Shown piece by piece: positions 1 to 12,826 of a stretch of 64,000 bases of DNA. The notes under the pieces are model-generated. The model was given only the letters and a program-made list of their open reading frames with translations. It was not told the DNA's origin and did no database searches. Origin of the DNA: Felis catus (Eukaryota). The stretch is from NCBI RefSeq assembly GCF_018350175.1, contig NC_058368.1, forward strand, positions 223,450,001 through 223,514,000, written 5' to 3'. Numbering within the stretch: position 1 is the first letter of the stretch; each line of letters begins with the position of its first letter. Position numbers and translations under genes: made by a program.

Positions 1-210
1 TTATAATTATTTTTACTACTTTTGTCTTTTAACCTTAATAGTAGCTTTATAAATGATTAATCCACTACCTTAACTACATATTCACCTCTCCAATGAGAAT
101 TGGCCTTTTATATATAAATATATATTTTGTTTGTTTGTTTTGTTTTGCTAATAAGTACCCTTTCTTTTCAGCTTAAAGAAGCCCTTTTAACACCTTCAAC
201 ATTTCTTGTA
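1..210 (-). mobile_element. Old L1 (L1M-type) fragment, antisense, cut by window start
   Basis: Motifs tttgtcttttaacctt, cagcttaaagaa and atttcttgta resemble the ORF1/inter-ORF region of the L1 at ~50130-50310 in this window. Confidence 0.5.
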
Positions 211-980
211 TTACTCTTGTTGCAAATTTTGAATTTTTAACATTAGTATTATTTTTTATTATGTTGTGTAGAATTTTCTCATCTTTGGTCTTCTATAGAC
301 ATCTTTTTTTTTTAATTTTTCCATTTCTGTCATTTGTGTAGCATTCTAATTTAGGATTTTCTCAAATGATGGACATAAAATGTAACTTCTCTGAAAAAAC
401 TAAGTGTTTTGGGCATCAAAATAAAGAAAAAAATCATTAGAAAGTTGCAGGGTCACCAAGAAACTATCACCAAGAAAGGAAAAAAAAAACGTTTTCTATG
501 TATATAATTGAGAAACAAATTCTTGGAACGCAAACTCCTTGAGAACTCCCATTACTCATGTTTGTGTCTTCTATAATGATTAGTGAACTGTGTGATCTCT
601 AGAAGAAAGCACTATTTTTATAGGAATGCAATATGATTTGAAGGTGGTTTCCAAAATAACACCAGCTTCTAATAAGTACTTTAATTTTATTTATTACCAT
701 AATTATTTCATGTTTCAGAATTTTCCCTGTCTTTCATATATTGAATTTAGACAGGTTGTATATCTGAATCAGAAAAGAATAATGAAATTGTGATTTTAAG
801 AATATTTTTGTTCTATTTTTCTCTCATTTTTTTTCTTTTTCTTTTGCTGTAAGTGTCTAACTCTTTTAACTTTATGGCATAAATCCTTCCTTTAAAATAC
901 AAATAAATGGCTCCAACTCCTATCTCAGAGTAGTGTGGGAAGAAAAGTATTCTCCTCAGTATTCTGAATTTTCCTGAGAT

Positions 981-1140
981 GAAGAAGAGAAGAGAAGAGA
1001 AGAGAAGAGAAGAGAAGAGAAGAGAAGAGAAGAGAAGAGAAAAGAAAGAAAAAAGAAAAAAAGAAAAGAAAAGAAAAGAAAAGAAAAGAAAACAAAACAA
1101 AACAAAACAAAAGAAAACAAAAGAAAAGAAAAGAGAAAAA
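981..1140. repeat. Compound purine microsatellite (GAAGA)n-(GAAAA)n-(CAAAA)n
   Basis: Directly visible tandem units. Confidence 0.97.
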
Positions 1141-2784
1141 GGTGGGATGGAAGCTTCCCCCCTGCTTACCAGGTCCTAACTCCTAATTTTAGCTCTGCAG
1201 GGAAACAGAGTCCTCATTCCTTTGTTGCCTCAAATGCTACTAATACAGGAATTCAGGGTGGTCCAGATATTTTCTGAAGGCTGAGGGTATGTGAAAAATA
1301 ATTATGATCGATGTGAAAAAGAATTAACTTGAAACTCTAAATATTACAAATTCTTCGTTAAAAACTGTGCCATAGGAGATTTAAACTACTGTTTTCATTC
1401 CAGAGGTGTCTCATTTTTCCCACTCTTCAGGCAACGTTTTTCTTGCTTCCATCTTTTCAATATCTTTCAGAATATTCCACAGAAACTTGTTGTTAATATG
1501 TAGAGAAATAAGGACGTTCTTTTGCCTCATGTTTGTTCATCTGACATATACAAGCAGGTTTCAACCTTCTAGAGATACATGGAGTAGGGACTTTTTCCTG
1601 AAGAGGAATTGTCTTTCCAATCACCAGCCACCTGGCCAACCTCACGCATCTTTTGAAATATTTCCGACTTTGCTATTTCCCAAAATATACACAGGTTAAT
1701 ATTTTAGCCATTTTTAGTCATTTTTATGCATTTAATACCAATTATTTTATTACTTATAATAACCTACAACAGTCACTGTTTCTTCTCTTTGTATTTCTTG
1801 ACCCTTGTTTCTTCAACTTTTTTATTTTTCTCACCACATTTCCCCACCTTAGTCATCTGTCTTATGTTTTTCTAAAATTAACATATTTCCTAATTTTTCC
1901 TTTGAATCTGATAACTAAGGAGTTTCCCAGAGTGAGAATTCTTTAAAAAAAATAGTTATGCGGCAACAAGACCCATGGGATAGTCTTGTGAGAAAAAAAT
2001 AAAAGCCCTTCCTAGTGGGGATATTCAGGTACACAAATACATGCACAGACCTATGAGTCCCCCAAAATGTACTGACAGAAAGGCTTTGCCATTGGCACAT
2101 CCACGCTTGCAAAAGACTCACAGGAGACTGTCTTTCTTAGTTTGTGAAGCGTTCATCCAAGAAGTAGCATAAGTATTAAGAGATGAGGGCTTTATGGTCT
2201 CAATCCTTTTCTGTGCAGAAGTTGTACAGGCAAACTTCAGAAAATGAAAGTAAATGCAAACATGCCATATAAACAGCTTTTAGAAAATATATATATATAT
2301 ATATGTTATTAAATTATATTCATCTTATACATGTAATTTTTAAAATATGTGTCATATATAGTAGGGCCCACAACTGACACTTATTTCATATTCTTGAAGC
2401 ATCATTCATTCATTCTGTGAAAAAATACCTGATGTCTTATATATGACATTTTCTGTTAACTGAGCATTTATGATTTTACTTACAGTGTTACTGGCATGGC
2501 TTCTACACACTCACGATGCTCCGTTTCCTCTAATATCGTCACTTGCAAACAAATCAAGCATCATTTTTATGCCTGTCACAATAGTTTATTGTTGTCTACA
2601 TCCCCCCAGTGCTGCCAAACGTGGGTGAGCTGCTCTCTCCAGGTCTGCTTGATTAACTGATCGATGGGAGTGGCGACGCAAAGGAGCAGTCTTTTGTTTA
2701 AGGCACCTGACGGCTCTATGTAAATATAGTCAATAAAATTAACACCTTGGGCTTTTCCAAGTTTAATTTAAGACAGAGAAGTTG

Positions 2785-2787
<3 letters not shown>

Positions 2788-2836
<49 letters not shown>
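2788..2836. repeat. Pure (TA)n microsatellite, ~24 units
   Basis: Directly visible. Confidence 0.98.
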
Positions 2837-2839
<3 letters not shown>

Positions 2840-3189
2840 TGTAGCTCTCTGTCTTCATGCTGTCTCACTATTTCTTTTTTATTATTCACATTTGTAACAC
2901 ATCCTTTTCAGGAATAATAAAAAAAAAGATGATTCTCAATGTGCAAAACAGAAAATATTTGAGTAGGACAGGAGAATATAATAGTCAAGAATGCAATAAT
3001 TTTTTGAAATGTGGAGTCTAAAGATTTGATTTTTTTTTTCAATCTCTTTCATTATCTCTCTTTCTCAATGAGCTATTCTGGGACATTATTTATGGACTAC
3101 CTCAACCAAATTCATGATTTTCAATAACTATATGTAAGAAAATGAGCATGACTTAATAGAAGGAGTTAATGGTTGTGATTTCAGAAAAG

Positions 3190-3325
3190 TAATTTATTCT
3201 CAGTCTCTACTTCATTATCTGAAAAATGGAAAAACCAATGAGTACCTTATATGATTAGTTTGTAGGTTAGAGCTGATATATTTAAGATACCAGGATAGTT
3301 CCTAACATTTGCTTGATAGTCATTA
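3190..3325 (+). mobile_element. Degenerate MIR SINE
   Basis: ctcagtctctacttcattatctgaaaaatgg...gtacc...ttgtagg resembles the MIR core ctcagtttcctcatctgtaaaatggg. Confidence 0.5.
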
Positions 3326-3329
3326 ATTA

Positions 3330-3330
3330 T

Positions 3331-3369
<39 letters not shown>

Positions 3370-3430
3370 AATGTATATATGTATGTATATATATATACAT
3401 ACATATATATGTATTTGTTTCTTTATATAT
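3330..3430. repeat. (TG)n/(TA)n compound microsatellite
   Basis: Directly visible. Confidence 0.93.
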
Positions 3431-3975
3431 GTATTTCTTAAATTCCACATATGAGTGAAATCATATGGTATTTGTATTTCTGTGATAGACTTATTTCATT
3501 TAGCATAATACTCACAAGCTCTGTCCACAGTGTTGTAAATGGTAAGATTTCATTCTTTTTATGGGTGAGTAATATTCCATTGTATGTATATACCACATCT
3601 TCTGTATCCATTCATCAGTCCGTGGAAACTTGGGCTGTTTCCATAGTTTGGTTATTGTAGGTAATGCTGCTCTAAACATTGGGGTGCGTGTATCATTTTG
3701 AATTAGTATTTTGTATCTTTGGGTAAATACCAAACATAGGGAAAAAGAGAGGCAAGCCCAAGAAACAGACTCTTAACTACAGAGAATAAACTGATGGTTC
3801 CCAGAAGGGAGGTGAGTGGGGAGTTGGGTTAAATAAGTGATGGGGATTAAGGAGTGCACTTGTAGTAATGAGCACCAGGTGTGGTATGAAAGTGTCAAAT
3901 CACTATATTATACACTGAAAACTAATATTACACTGTACGTCAACTAACTAGAATTTAAATAAAAACTTAACAAAA
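3431..3975 (+). mobile_element. 5'-truncated, 5'-inverted carnivore L1: 3431-3731 antisense ORF2 end, 3732-3975 sense 3'UTR
   Basis: Minus-strand ORF 3512..3733 reads WKQPK...DEWIQKMWYIHTMEYY (L1 ORF2 C-terminus); plus part is the carnivore L1 3'UTR ending taactagaatttaaataaaaac. Confidence 0.88.
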
Positions 3976-6900
3976 GCCTTTTCTTGCCTTTGATATAATT
4001 CTTCAATTTTTAGATATGTGCCATTGAATAACATTGGCATTGTTTGTTCCATGCAAAGTAGCATGAGTATTCTTAGCAAATATTTGATGTTAGATTCACA
4101 ATTCTGATTCATAGGATAAGTTATACAGAATCTTAGTCATTAAGAGGCTAAAAACATTTGATAGGTCATATAATAATGACTACTTTAGGAAATAATTAAA
4201 CCTATCTTTTTTAGAAGGTAAGACAGGTTTCTAGAATGAATTTAACATAAAGAACACTTTAGGTATAAAGAGGTATCTTCAGAATATGAACTATATTTAT
4301 AGTGGAAAGAACACTCAATTTGAAGACTTTACACTCTGGTCTGGATCCTATATAGGAGATGTAGTTGGGAAACACTATTTAGCCTTCCCACGGATCCATT
4401 GCAGGGTATTTGGGAACATTTAATAAGACAGCTAGGATGAACATATATATCCCAATGCAAAATTAGTGTGCTAAAAGATTAAGGATGTGCATATAATCAG
4501 TGACTATGCCTGTGTATGCATCTGTATTGAATAAATGCTGAACTAACTTACTAAATAAACTCTGGTCATTGAAATATTTCTATATTAGAAAAAAAGTATT
4601 ATGTTAGAATATAACTCATGCAATGTTTCAGGACAGAGGGAATTCGGATTAGGGTCCAGCCAGTGTTCTTCTCTGCTATGGTCAGAAAGAAGGAGGCCTC
4701 ATTTATGTTTGGGGTCATGTAAAGAAGTGGCACAGTGTACAGAAGAAAAACATACTGAAATGACTATCCTAAGGAAGAGTTGTGAAGGAAACTGACATCA
4801 TAACCTCTACTGAGAGCATAGAGTTGCTATTCATATGCCATTAATTCACCTTCAAGTCAAACCTTAAATAATAATCATCCCTCTCAAGTCCAAAGGGTAT
4901 GATCCCCTATCATGATCTCTTCAAAGCACAGAAACTTTGAAATACATAGATTTTGAGCTCAGTCTTTCACTTTCTCATTATCTCCAACATCAATCTTTTT
5001 TTAGTATCATTTACATAGATCTATTATTTTATTTCACACACGTATCTAAAGTATTCAACTTTTGGATGGCTGGAAATCTTGCCTATTTAAAATTTTTATT
5101 ATATGCTATTTTACAACATTGTACTCATCCCATGACTATGAATTTGTAGGAATTTTTAACTTGTGTGTCATAATTCATTCGAACATATAGCTGTTTTAAA
5201 GATCATTATCAATTTGGGGGGAATGTTTTAGAGTCAAATGAGCTTTTGATATAGTCAAGATCCATATTCAATTTAGAAAATCACTTCTTTCCTGACCTTT
5301 GGATTCCAAGGACTACTATATCAATTTTATGATTTGATATATTGATGAAATGGTAACACAATGGACTATCAACAAAATAATAGCAAGTCTTTCATCCCAA
5401 TGTGCACAGTTACAAATGGTAATACTCTTTTTAGAAAAACAGATGAAACAAATAATTCATTTTCAGAAGACTTCTATAGTTTAATATTGTGGGTCTACAT
5501 AAATCATTTCACCAAAATGATCTCATAATCATTAATGTGACCTGTTCTGGAATATAGGCTAGAGTGTGTGGCTCCCAAATGAATATAGCTCTTTGCAGCA
5601 CTGATAAAACAGGCTGGGTTTGGTAAGCCAGGCGTATATAAACAGGCATAGATATAATTTATCTCAGATGGAATAGTGCTGCATTTGCAGGTTTTTAAAA
5701 ATGTTCTTACTTGCCAGGGGCAGAAGGAAGATTCCAAGTGGATTTCTTTAAGGTATCCCTAAGAGATCTGGAGAGGGGAAGATTAGGAACTGCTTCCCTA
5801 GCCAGGGCCCATGTTCATCCGAGGAAGATGGAGGCAGATCACTGAGCAGGCACCGTAAAGACTTAGATGGATTGACTACTTTCTCTCTCTGGAAACTCAC
5901 GGGATACACTCAAGGCTGTCCACATCACTTTTTTTTTTTTAATCTTGATAAAGCCTTTTTATTACTATGCCCATCATGAGCCCATTAAAGTTAAAGGCTT
6001 TCAATTTTTCTCCATGTGACCTTAAAAAAATGTATTCTCTTATTCTAGAAATATTGAACTTTCTTCTTATATTTTCTTCCTTTGTTCAAAAGCTAGGGCC
6101 TTTCAAAGGAGTATTCAAGCATAGCACAGTGTCAAATTTACTTCTGATGACTTTCTATAGTATTGTGAGAAGATAAGATTTAAGAATAAAACTTGCATAA
6201 AATGATTCATGCTTTAAAGTTTTCTATTGCCCTGTATGGTAAAATGGAATTCTCTAAATCATATATTTAGAATATAAGCCACTTATGATAACTAGTATGT
6301 CTACAACCAAAAGGAAGACATTAAATATGCAATTTTTCATTTAAAAATGCAATTTAAATAAGGTATCAGTTGTATGTACTTCTGTTAACATAAAGGATAT
6401 GAAATAAGCTGAGATTGATCTATAGCTAATTATTTTATTCCAAATAAACAATGAGATTTAATTTCCTTTGTATTTGGAAAGTCAGAATCAACTACAGTAA
6501 CCACTGAATATTGAGATATATGTGGGTGGGGCTTATATTTTTAGAGTATAAAACAAGTCAAATTTTCTACTTTGGCCATTTCCTTTTTTTTTCTTTTTCT
6601 TTTTTTGTTTTAACAAGCATTACCTTATGTAATTATGTTTCAACTGGAGCTGCCATTTATTTTTATAACTTATATAAAGCAAAATTACTCATAAGATTCA
6701 TTTCAATGGATTCATTCATTCAGTCAGTATTTGTCGCTTGCCCTGTATGTGCAGGACTCTGTGAAATATTAAGTTTTGTTTGGTTAACGGAATAAAATCA
6801 GGGCCTAAATCACTTCCTCCTTCCTGTATCTCCCTTCTCAGATTAAAACAAAAATTACCAGGAAACAGAAACTGTCCCTCTCAGATATTCACCTCAACAG

Positions 6901-8039
6901 TGTTCATCACATTCTTCCAGTTACAATTAGACAAATATGTTCAATTTCATTTGAAGCCACATTTAGAAATTGTGAATATGTTCAGTCTTATTGAGAGCAA
7001 CTGGGTGGCTCTGGTGATCTCTTTTATAGATGATGAGTCATGTTTACAACAGGATTCTACTGAATAATATTGTTAGTGTTGACAGCATTTAGACAAATTC
7101 AGCCTTCTCTGTCACTAAAGCTGACATTGATTACACAATACCCCATGCTCTTGGTAGCATGTCTTTGCCAATAAAGCATACTGACACTTTCACAAAACCT
7201 TATAGGTTTATCATGAATACATTTTTAACCTCCAAATCAAGATATACCTTTTAAATCTAGTTTTTGGGGAGAATGTATTTACATGAAAGTATCAGAGATA
7301 CGACACAAGTCTATACTGAAACTAATGGTCTTTATTAAAAATTAATGGAGTTCCAGGGAATCAGGACTACCAGAGCCTTTTAAACCATTTTTAGACCATC
7401 ACAGAATACAGCAATGAGATTTACTCTGTGTCCTATAAGATATTTATATGGTACAAAGAATGTGGTTACCCCAAGAATCAGTCGTCTATTATGATTAACT
7501 AAAACACAACTGATCTTTAGTTACCTAAGTTTTAAAATTTTTAAAAATTGTTTTATGAAATAAAACAATTGATTTACTTTTATGAATTAAATAGTCTTTT
7601 CCATAAAAGATGCATAAAATTATGTTAGCAAAATTCCTTCAAATTCCAGTAAAGATTCTAAGCTCAAATTTGATTTTAGAAGTTCAATTTAAAGAGACAG
7701 TTACTTGAAAAATATGTGATATTACACTTCCTTTTTTTTTTTTTTTTTGTTTTCAAAGTCAAGCCCTAATCTGTTAAAAAAAAATTACTGGTGAGCTCTG
7801 GGGGCACAAGTTTATAGAAGACAGAGCACCAGACACAGATTCAAATGCTACAGGTGCATTTCTTCTCTACTGTGTACTCCCCTTGTGACCCGATTAAGTC
7901 CATTCATGACTTTGAGCGTCATGTGTTTTCCCTATTAAATGAAAATAAAAATGCCTACCCCTGTTACCTGTTAAGAAAGCTATGGATATTTTAAAAACTT
8001 ACATAATATCAAAGGCACATGCATATATAGCTCTGTATA

Positions 8040-8920
8040 TCTTTGGAAAAATGTCTGTTCAAGTCCTCTGCCCAGTTTTAAACTGGATTTTTTTTATTTG
8101 GTATTTAGTTGTATAAATTCTTTATATATTTTGATATAAATTCTTTATATATTTATATATTTTGACTAATATCAAAATCTCTCTTATCAGATAGATTGTT
8201 TGCAATTATCTTCTCCCATTCAGTAGGTTTTCTTTTTGTTTTGTTGATAGTTTCTTCACTGTGCAAGAGCTTTTTATTCTAGTGTAGTTCCAGTAGTTTA
8301 TTTTTCCTTTTGTTTTTCTTGCTTGAGGATACTTATCTGGAGAAATGTTGCTCTGGCTGATGTCAGAGAAATTCTCTTGTGTTCTCTTCTAGGAGTTTCA
8401 TGATTTTAGATCACACATTTAGATCCTTAATCCATTTATTTTTGTGTATGGTGTAAGAAAGTAGTCCAGTTTCATTCTTTTGTCTGTAACTGTCCAGTTC
8501 TCCAGGTATCATCTACTGAAGAGACTGTCTTTGCCCTATTGCATATAACTTCTCCCTCCTCCACAGATTAATTGACCATGTCATTGCAGATTTATTTCTT
8601 GGATCTCTATTCTGTTCTGTTGATCTATGTGCCTATTTCTTGTGCCAGTACCATACTGTTTTGATTACTACAGTTTTGCAGTATTTCTTAGAATTTGGAA
8701 TTGTGATACCTCAACATTGCTTTGGCTATTCAGGGTCTTTTGCGGTTCCATTAAAATTTTAGGATCTTTTGTGCTAGTTCTGTGAAAAGTCCTGTTGGTA
8801 TTTTGATAGGGATTACATTGAATCTGTAGATTGCTTTGAGCAGCATGGACATTTTAACCATAATTTTTCTTCCAAGCCATGAGCATGGAACTTCATTCCA
8901 TTTGTTTGTATTACCTTGGA
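8040..8920 (-). mobile_element. L1 ORF2 internal fragment
   Basis: Typical antisense L1 ORF2 text: gtgccagtaccatactgttttgattacta, attttgatagggattacattgaatctgtagattgctttg. Confidence 0.92.
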
Positions 8921-10605
8921 GAAAAAAAAAGCTCTATACACATCAAGGAATTATTATTGTAACAAAATCTAATTGCAACACATGTATGCAGCCACACATA
9001 TTATAAGTAAATAGTGCTAAAATATATAATTTTATCTGGCAGTAGGTAAAGAGAGCAGTGCAATCAACTGGATTTGACTTTTATGTTTGAGGTTATATTC
9101 CAACCCTTGATTGGTGATATTGGAAATGAACTCACTTTTGGAAGTTATTTAACCTCCTTATGTGCATAGGGAATTCAACTTTGGTCACAGTTGTAGTCAA
9201 AGGTTGTGGTACTCAGTGCTCTGAATAAATTCTGACTTGAACTCTAAGAGTTGAAGTTATCTGAAGTGTCAACTTCAACTCAGAGAGCACTATCTTATCC
9301 CTCATGGCAGCACCCAGGATGCTGATTGCAATGTGGAAACCCGTGTAAAGGACAAGTCCATGCATCATTGTCAGTGATCTTCGGGACAATAATTGCGGTT
9401 TTGTGACTATTTTTATAAGTGATTGCATACATTTTTAGGCTTTTCATGTGTTCTAAATTTTCCATGGAGTAGACTAGCTGTTTCTGTTGTATAAGCAGAT
9501 CACTAATCATTCGTTTTGTCTCTTACTGAGTAGCAAGATGCTATTTAGTATTCACGAGCCCTGCATCCTTAGATTTAACACGGCAGTGATATTTTAAAAG
9601 TTACCCTTTGTAGCAAAGATACAACATAATCACCATTTATGCCCCTAATTTGTACTTGTTCAATAAACAAATCATTAGTTTGGAGACAGAAGGTCAACGC
9701 AGAAAAAAAATAATAATTATGAGTGTATCCTTCCAGCAAATTGATGCATTGTTTTCTGTGCATCCACACAGACTTGGAGCTATAATTCTGTCCCCCATGC
9801 TTTTCACACATGCAGGCACAAACATGTGCACACAGTCATGCACCAGAAAATAGGCATCGTGTTATCTCACAGGCAATGGAATGAAATAAAAGGACTGAGT
9901 TCATTCAACACTAATTACCTGAGCCTCACTCTGTTTCAGGCACTGTCCTAGCTGCTTCCAGGCTCTGTTCCTGAGATGGAGAAAGATTTTCTTTCCTGTT
10001 GCCGTATCTTCTCTTCTAGGTGTCCTTTTTGAAATGTCACCTGAGAGCTTTCTTGCCTCATTATGTTATGTCATCCATCATATGTAGTTGCCCTTGTCAT
10101 TCATTCATTCAACAAATAATTACTTACATTCAATAAACCTTCACTAACATTAATCTTCCACAAAGTACCAAAGACTGTAACAGGCAAAAGAGGTAAAAGA
10201 GGAAAATTATCCCCTCCCTACTTCCATATAGACACACACAGCCTAATTATGACTAAACTTGAGACTCTATATACTGGGCACCGTATCAAGTTAAATGTAT
10301 ATGAACTCAAAAACAAGGTTATATTTTGGTTTTTTGAAGACTAAGTGTGCTTTAAAATATGTCCGATGATTTTCTTTTTATTTTCTTGTCAGATAATTTA
10401 TAAATCCAAAACATACAGGTATATGGAGGAAACTACTTGTTAGATATCAGATTTTATGACATTCCTTTCAAAGTAAGTAGGGTTTTGGTTACCACCTCCG
10501 TATTTTTCCATCACCATTTCTCAGAACAATCTTCTAAATAGTAGAGAATTGTGGAAAGAACGTGCAGCTTGAGAAAATAGCCTGATGAATTAAATATGCC
10601 CTCGT

Positions 10606-10812
10606 GGGGCGCCTGGGTGGCTCAGTCGTTAGACGTCCGACTTCAGCCCAGGTCACAATCTCGTGGTCGGTGAGTTCGAGCCCCGCGTCGGGCTCTGGGC
10701 TGATGGCTCAGAGCCTGGAGCCTGCTTCTGATTCTGTGTCTCCCTCTCTCTCTGCCCCTCCCCCATTCTTGCTCTGTCTCTCTCTGTCTCAAAAATAAAT
10801 AAACATTAAAAA
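10606..10812 (+). mobile_element. Young felid Can-SINE (SINEC_Fc-like)
   Basis: ggggcgcctgggtggctcagtc head, B-box gttcgagccc, (CT)n, A-tail; 18-bp TSD aattaaatatgccctc(g/a)t at 10588-10605 and 10813-10830. Confidence 0.97.
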
Positions 10813-11247
10813 AATTAAATATGCCCTCATGTTAAGTATTGAGGAGACTGGACCTACTGATGTGGTGGAAATTTCTTCTCTGTCATGGAGGCTGGGTTTG
10901 TGTGTCGGTTTTTGGACACATATGTGCAAGCACATGCTAGGGGATGACGTGTGCAGAATAGGAAAATGGACAATTGGCCTTGTTTTGAGATGGATTAGTT
11001 GAAGTTTGGGAACTTGATTCAGATTGCTCAGCTCAACTTTCCTGGTAATATTTTCTAGTGCCATCATCTGATTATATCAGGGAAAGATTAAAATAAGATG
11101 ACAGAGTGAGATACCATGAATTTTAGGGAATGGATGTGTAGGGAGGTACAGATCACTAATTATAGAGAAATCATAAAATATTTCCCAACCATAACTCCCA
11201 AGAAAGATGCAATTTCATTATTTTAGATAGTTCTAGAGTTATAATTT

Positions 11248-11444
11248 GGGACACTTGGGTGGCTCAGTTGGTTAAGCATCCACTCTTGAGTTCTGCTCAG
11301 GTCATGATCTCACTTTTTGTGAGTTTAAGCTGATAGCACAGAGCCTGCTGGGGATTCTGTCTCCCTCTCTCCCTGCCCCTGTCCCACTTGCTCTCTCTCT
11401 CTCTCAGAAGAAATAAAAAATAAAGTTTAAAAATATTTAAATAA
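11248..11444 (+). mobile_element. Can-SINE
   Basis: gggacacttgggtggctcagttggttaagc head, (CT)n, A-tail. Confidence 0.93.
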
Positions 11445-11944
11445 AAGTTTTAATTTATTTTTTAACTTTTGAAAACATTAAGCTGGTTTCAGTTCTTTCA
11501 CACAAATTCTAGGAATATATGTTGCTTGAAATTGAAAACTGTGACTTGTACTAATTCTAGAAGTCGATTTTGAGGTTGTACAAATTGAACAAACAATAAG
11601 AGGATTGCTGTCAAAATAATCATATGTATTGAATCTTAATTTTTAAAAGTGTTAGCTATAAATATTGTAAACTTCAAAGATGAGTCAAATATTATTTCAT
11701 GTTGCCCTTTTTTTCTTAGTGTTCTTTGTATTTTTGAAGAAATCATATAAATGCTGAGTAGAGCTCTCTATAGCTCAGAAATCTCTCTATATAAATATAT
11801 ATAGATCTAGATCTAGATCTAAATCTCTCTATAGCTCAGATATAAACTTAGAGTTTATAACACTTGGGATCACATAATCAGCTCCCCTTCAGTATTGTAG
11901 GTATAATCTCGTCCCATATCCAAATTATATTTAAATAATTTATG

Positions 11945-12159
11945 TTTTATTTTTTTTTACATTTACTTATTTTTGAGAGGTAGAGAGACAGAGCACAAGT
12001 GGGGGAGGGGCAGAAAGAGAGGGAGAAACAGAATCCGAAGTACCTCCAGGCTCCGACCTGTCAGCACGGAGCCGGACCTGGGGCTCGAACTCACAAACCA
12101 CGAGATCACGACCTGAGCCAAAGTCGGACGCTTAACCGACTGAGCTACCCAGGTGCTCC
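11945..12159 (-). mobile_element. Can-SINE
   Basis: Reverse-complement SINE ending cttaaccgactgagctacccaggtgctcc; T-tail at left. Confidence 0.95.
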
Positions 12160-12751
12160 TGTTTAAAGAATTTCTTTATAGTCACTCCTGTGAATACTGA
12201 ATCACGTAGGTGATTTTGATTAATTTAAATGGGCAAGACTTTCTTTTTTTTAAATAAATTCAAATAATTACGTAGTTATTGCCACTTTATTTGAGGTATG
12301 TATATATGTATACACCATACAGTCTTCATTAAAATTGCATAATTTTCTGGATAGTTAAACTATACAATTCATTTTCCTTCATCCTGTGTTATACAATTTC
12401 TAACCACGCACACATTTGCCTTTACAATTTCTCATCACTAGCTTGAGGGCATCCTCGATTGGCTGTTTGTGGTGGAAAGGACATTTGTGGTATCTCTAGT
12501 CGTAATCACAAGTTGCCTGTGTCTCTGTGACAGTATAAAAAGTAGTGATTTTATTAATTTGAAATACAAGGAGTTTTGCTATAAAGCTTGTTTTTGTAAA
12601 TACAAATGTGTTCCAACATGGTTGATATATTAAGGAACAGTTTTTGCATAATGCCAATTTTGTGTGGGTTTATGTACGAAATTTCATCCATGAGAAACAC
12701 TGGGTGAACACAGACAACTTCATCCAACTGAGTTTTAAAAATGTGCACACA

Positions 12752-12826
12752 CAAAAAAAATAAAATAATAAAATAAAATAATAAAATAAAATAAAATAAA
12801 ATAAAATAAAATAAAATAAAATAAAA
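12752..12826 (+). repeat. (AAAAT)n tract flanked by a 16-bp direct repeat
   Basis: taaaaatgtgcacaca at 12736-12751 and 12827-12842. Confidence 0.93.

Noticed and set aside
813..1179. Lys/Arg/Glu-rich and Phe/Ser-rich ORFs
   Set aside because: Read-throughs of the (GAAGA)n/(GAAAA)n microsatellite
1201..1286. Possible exon (ctgcag|g ... gagg|gtatgt)
   Set aside because: Stop codons in all three frames and no partner exons
9306..9325. REST/NRSE-like cagcacccagga
   Set aside because: Right half-site GGACAG is absent
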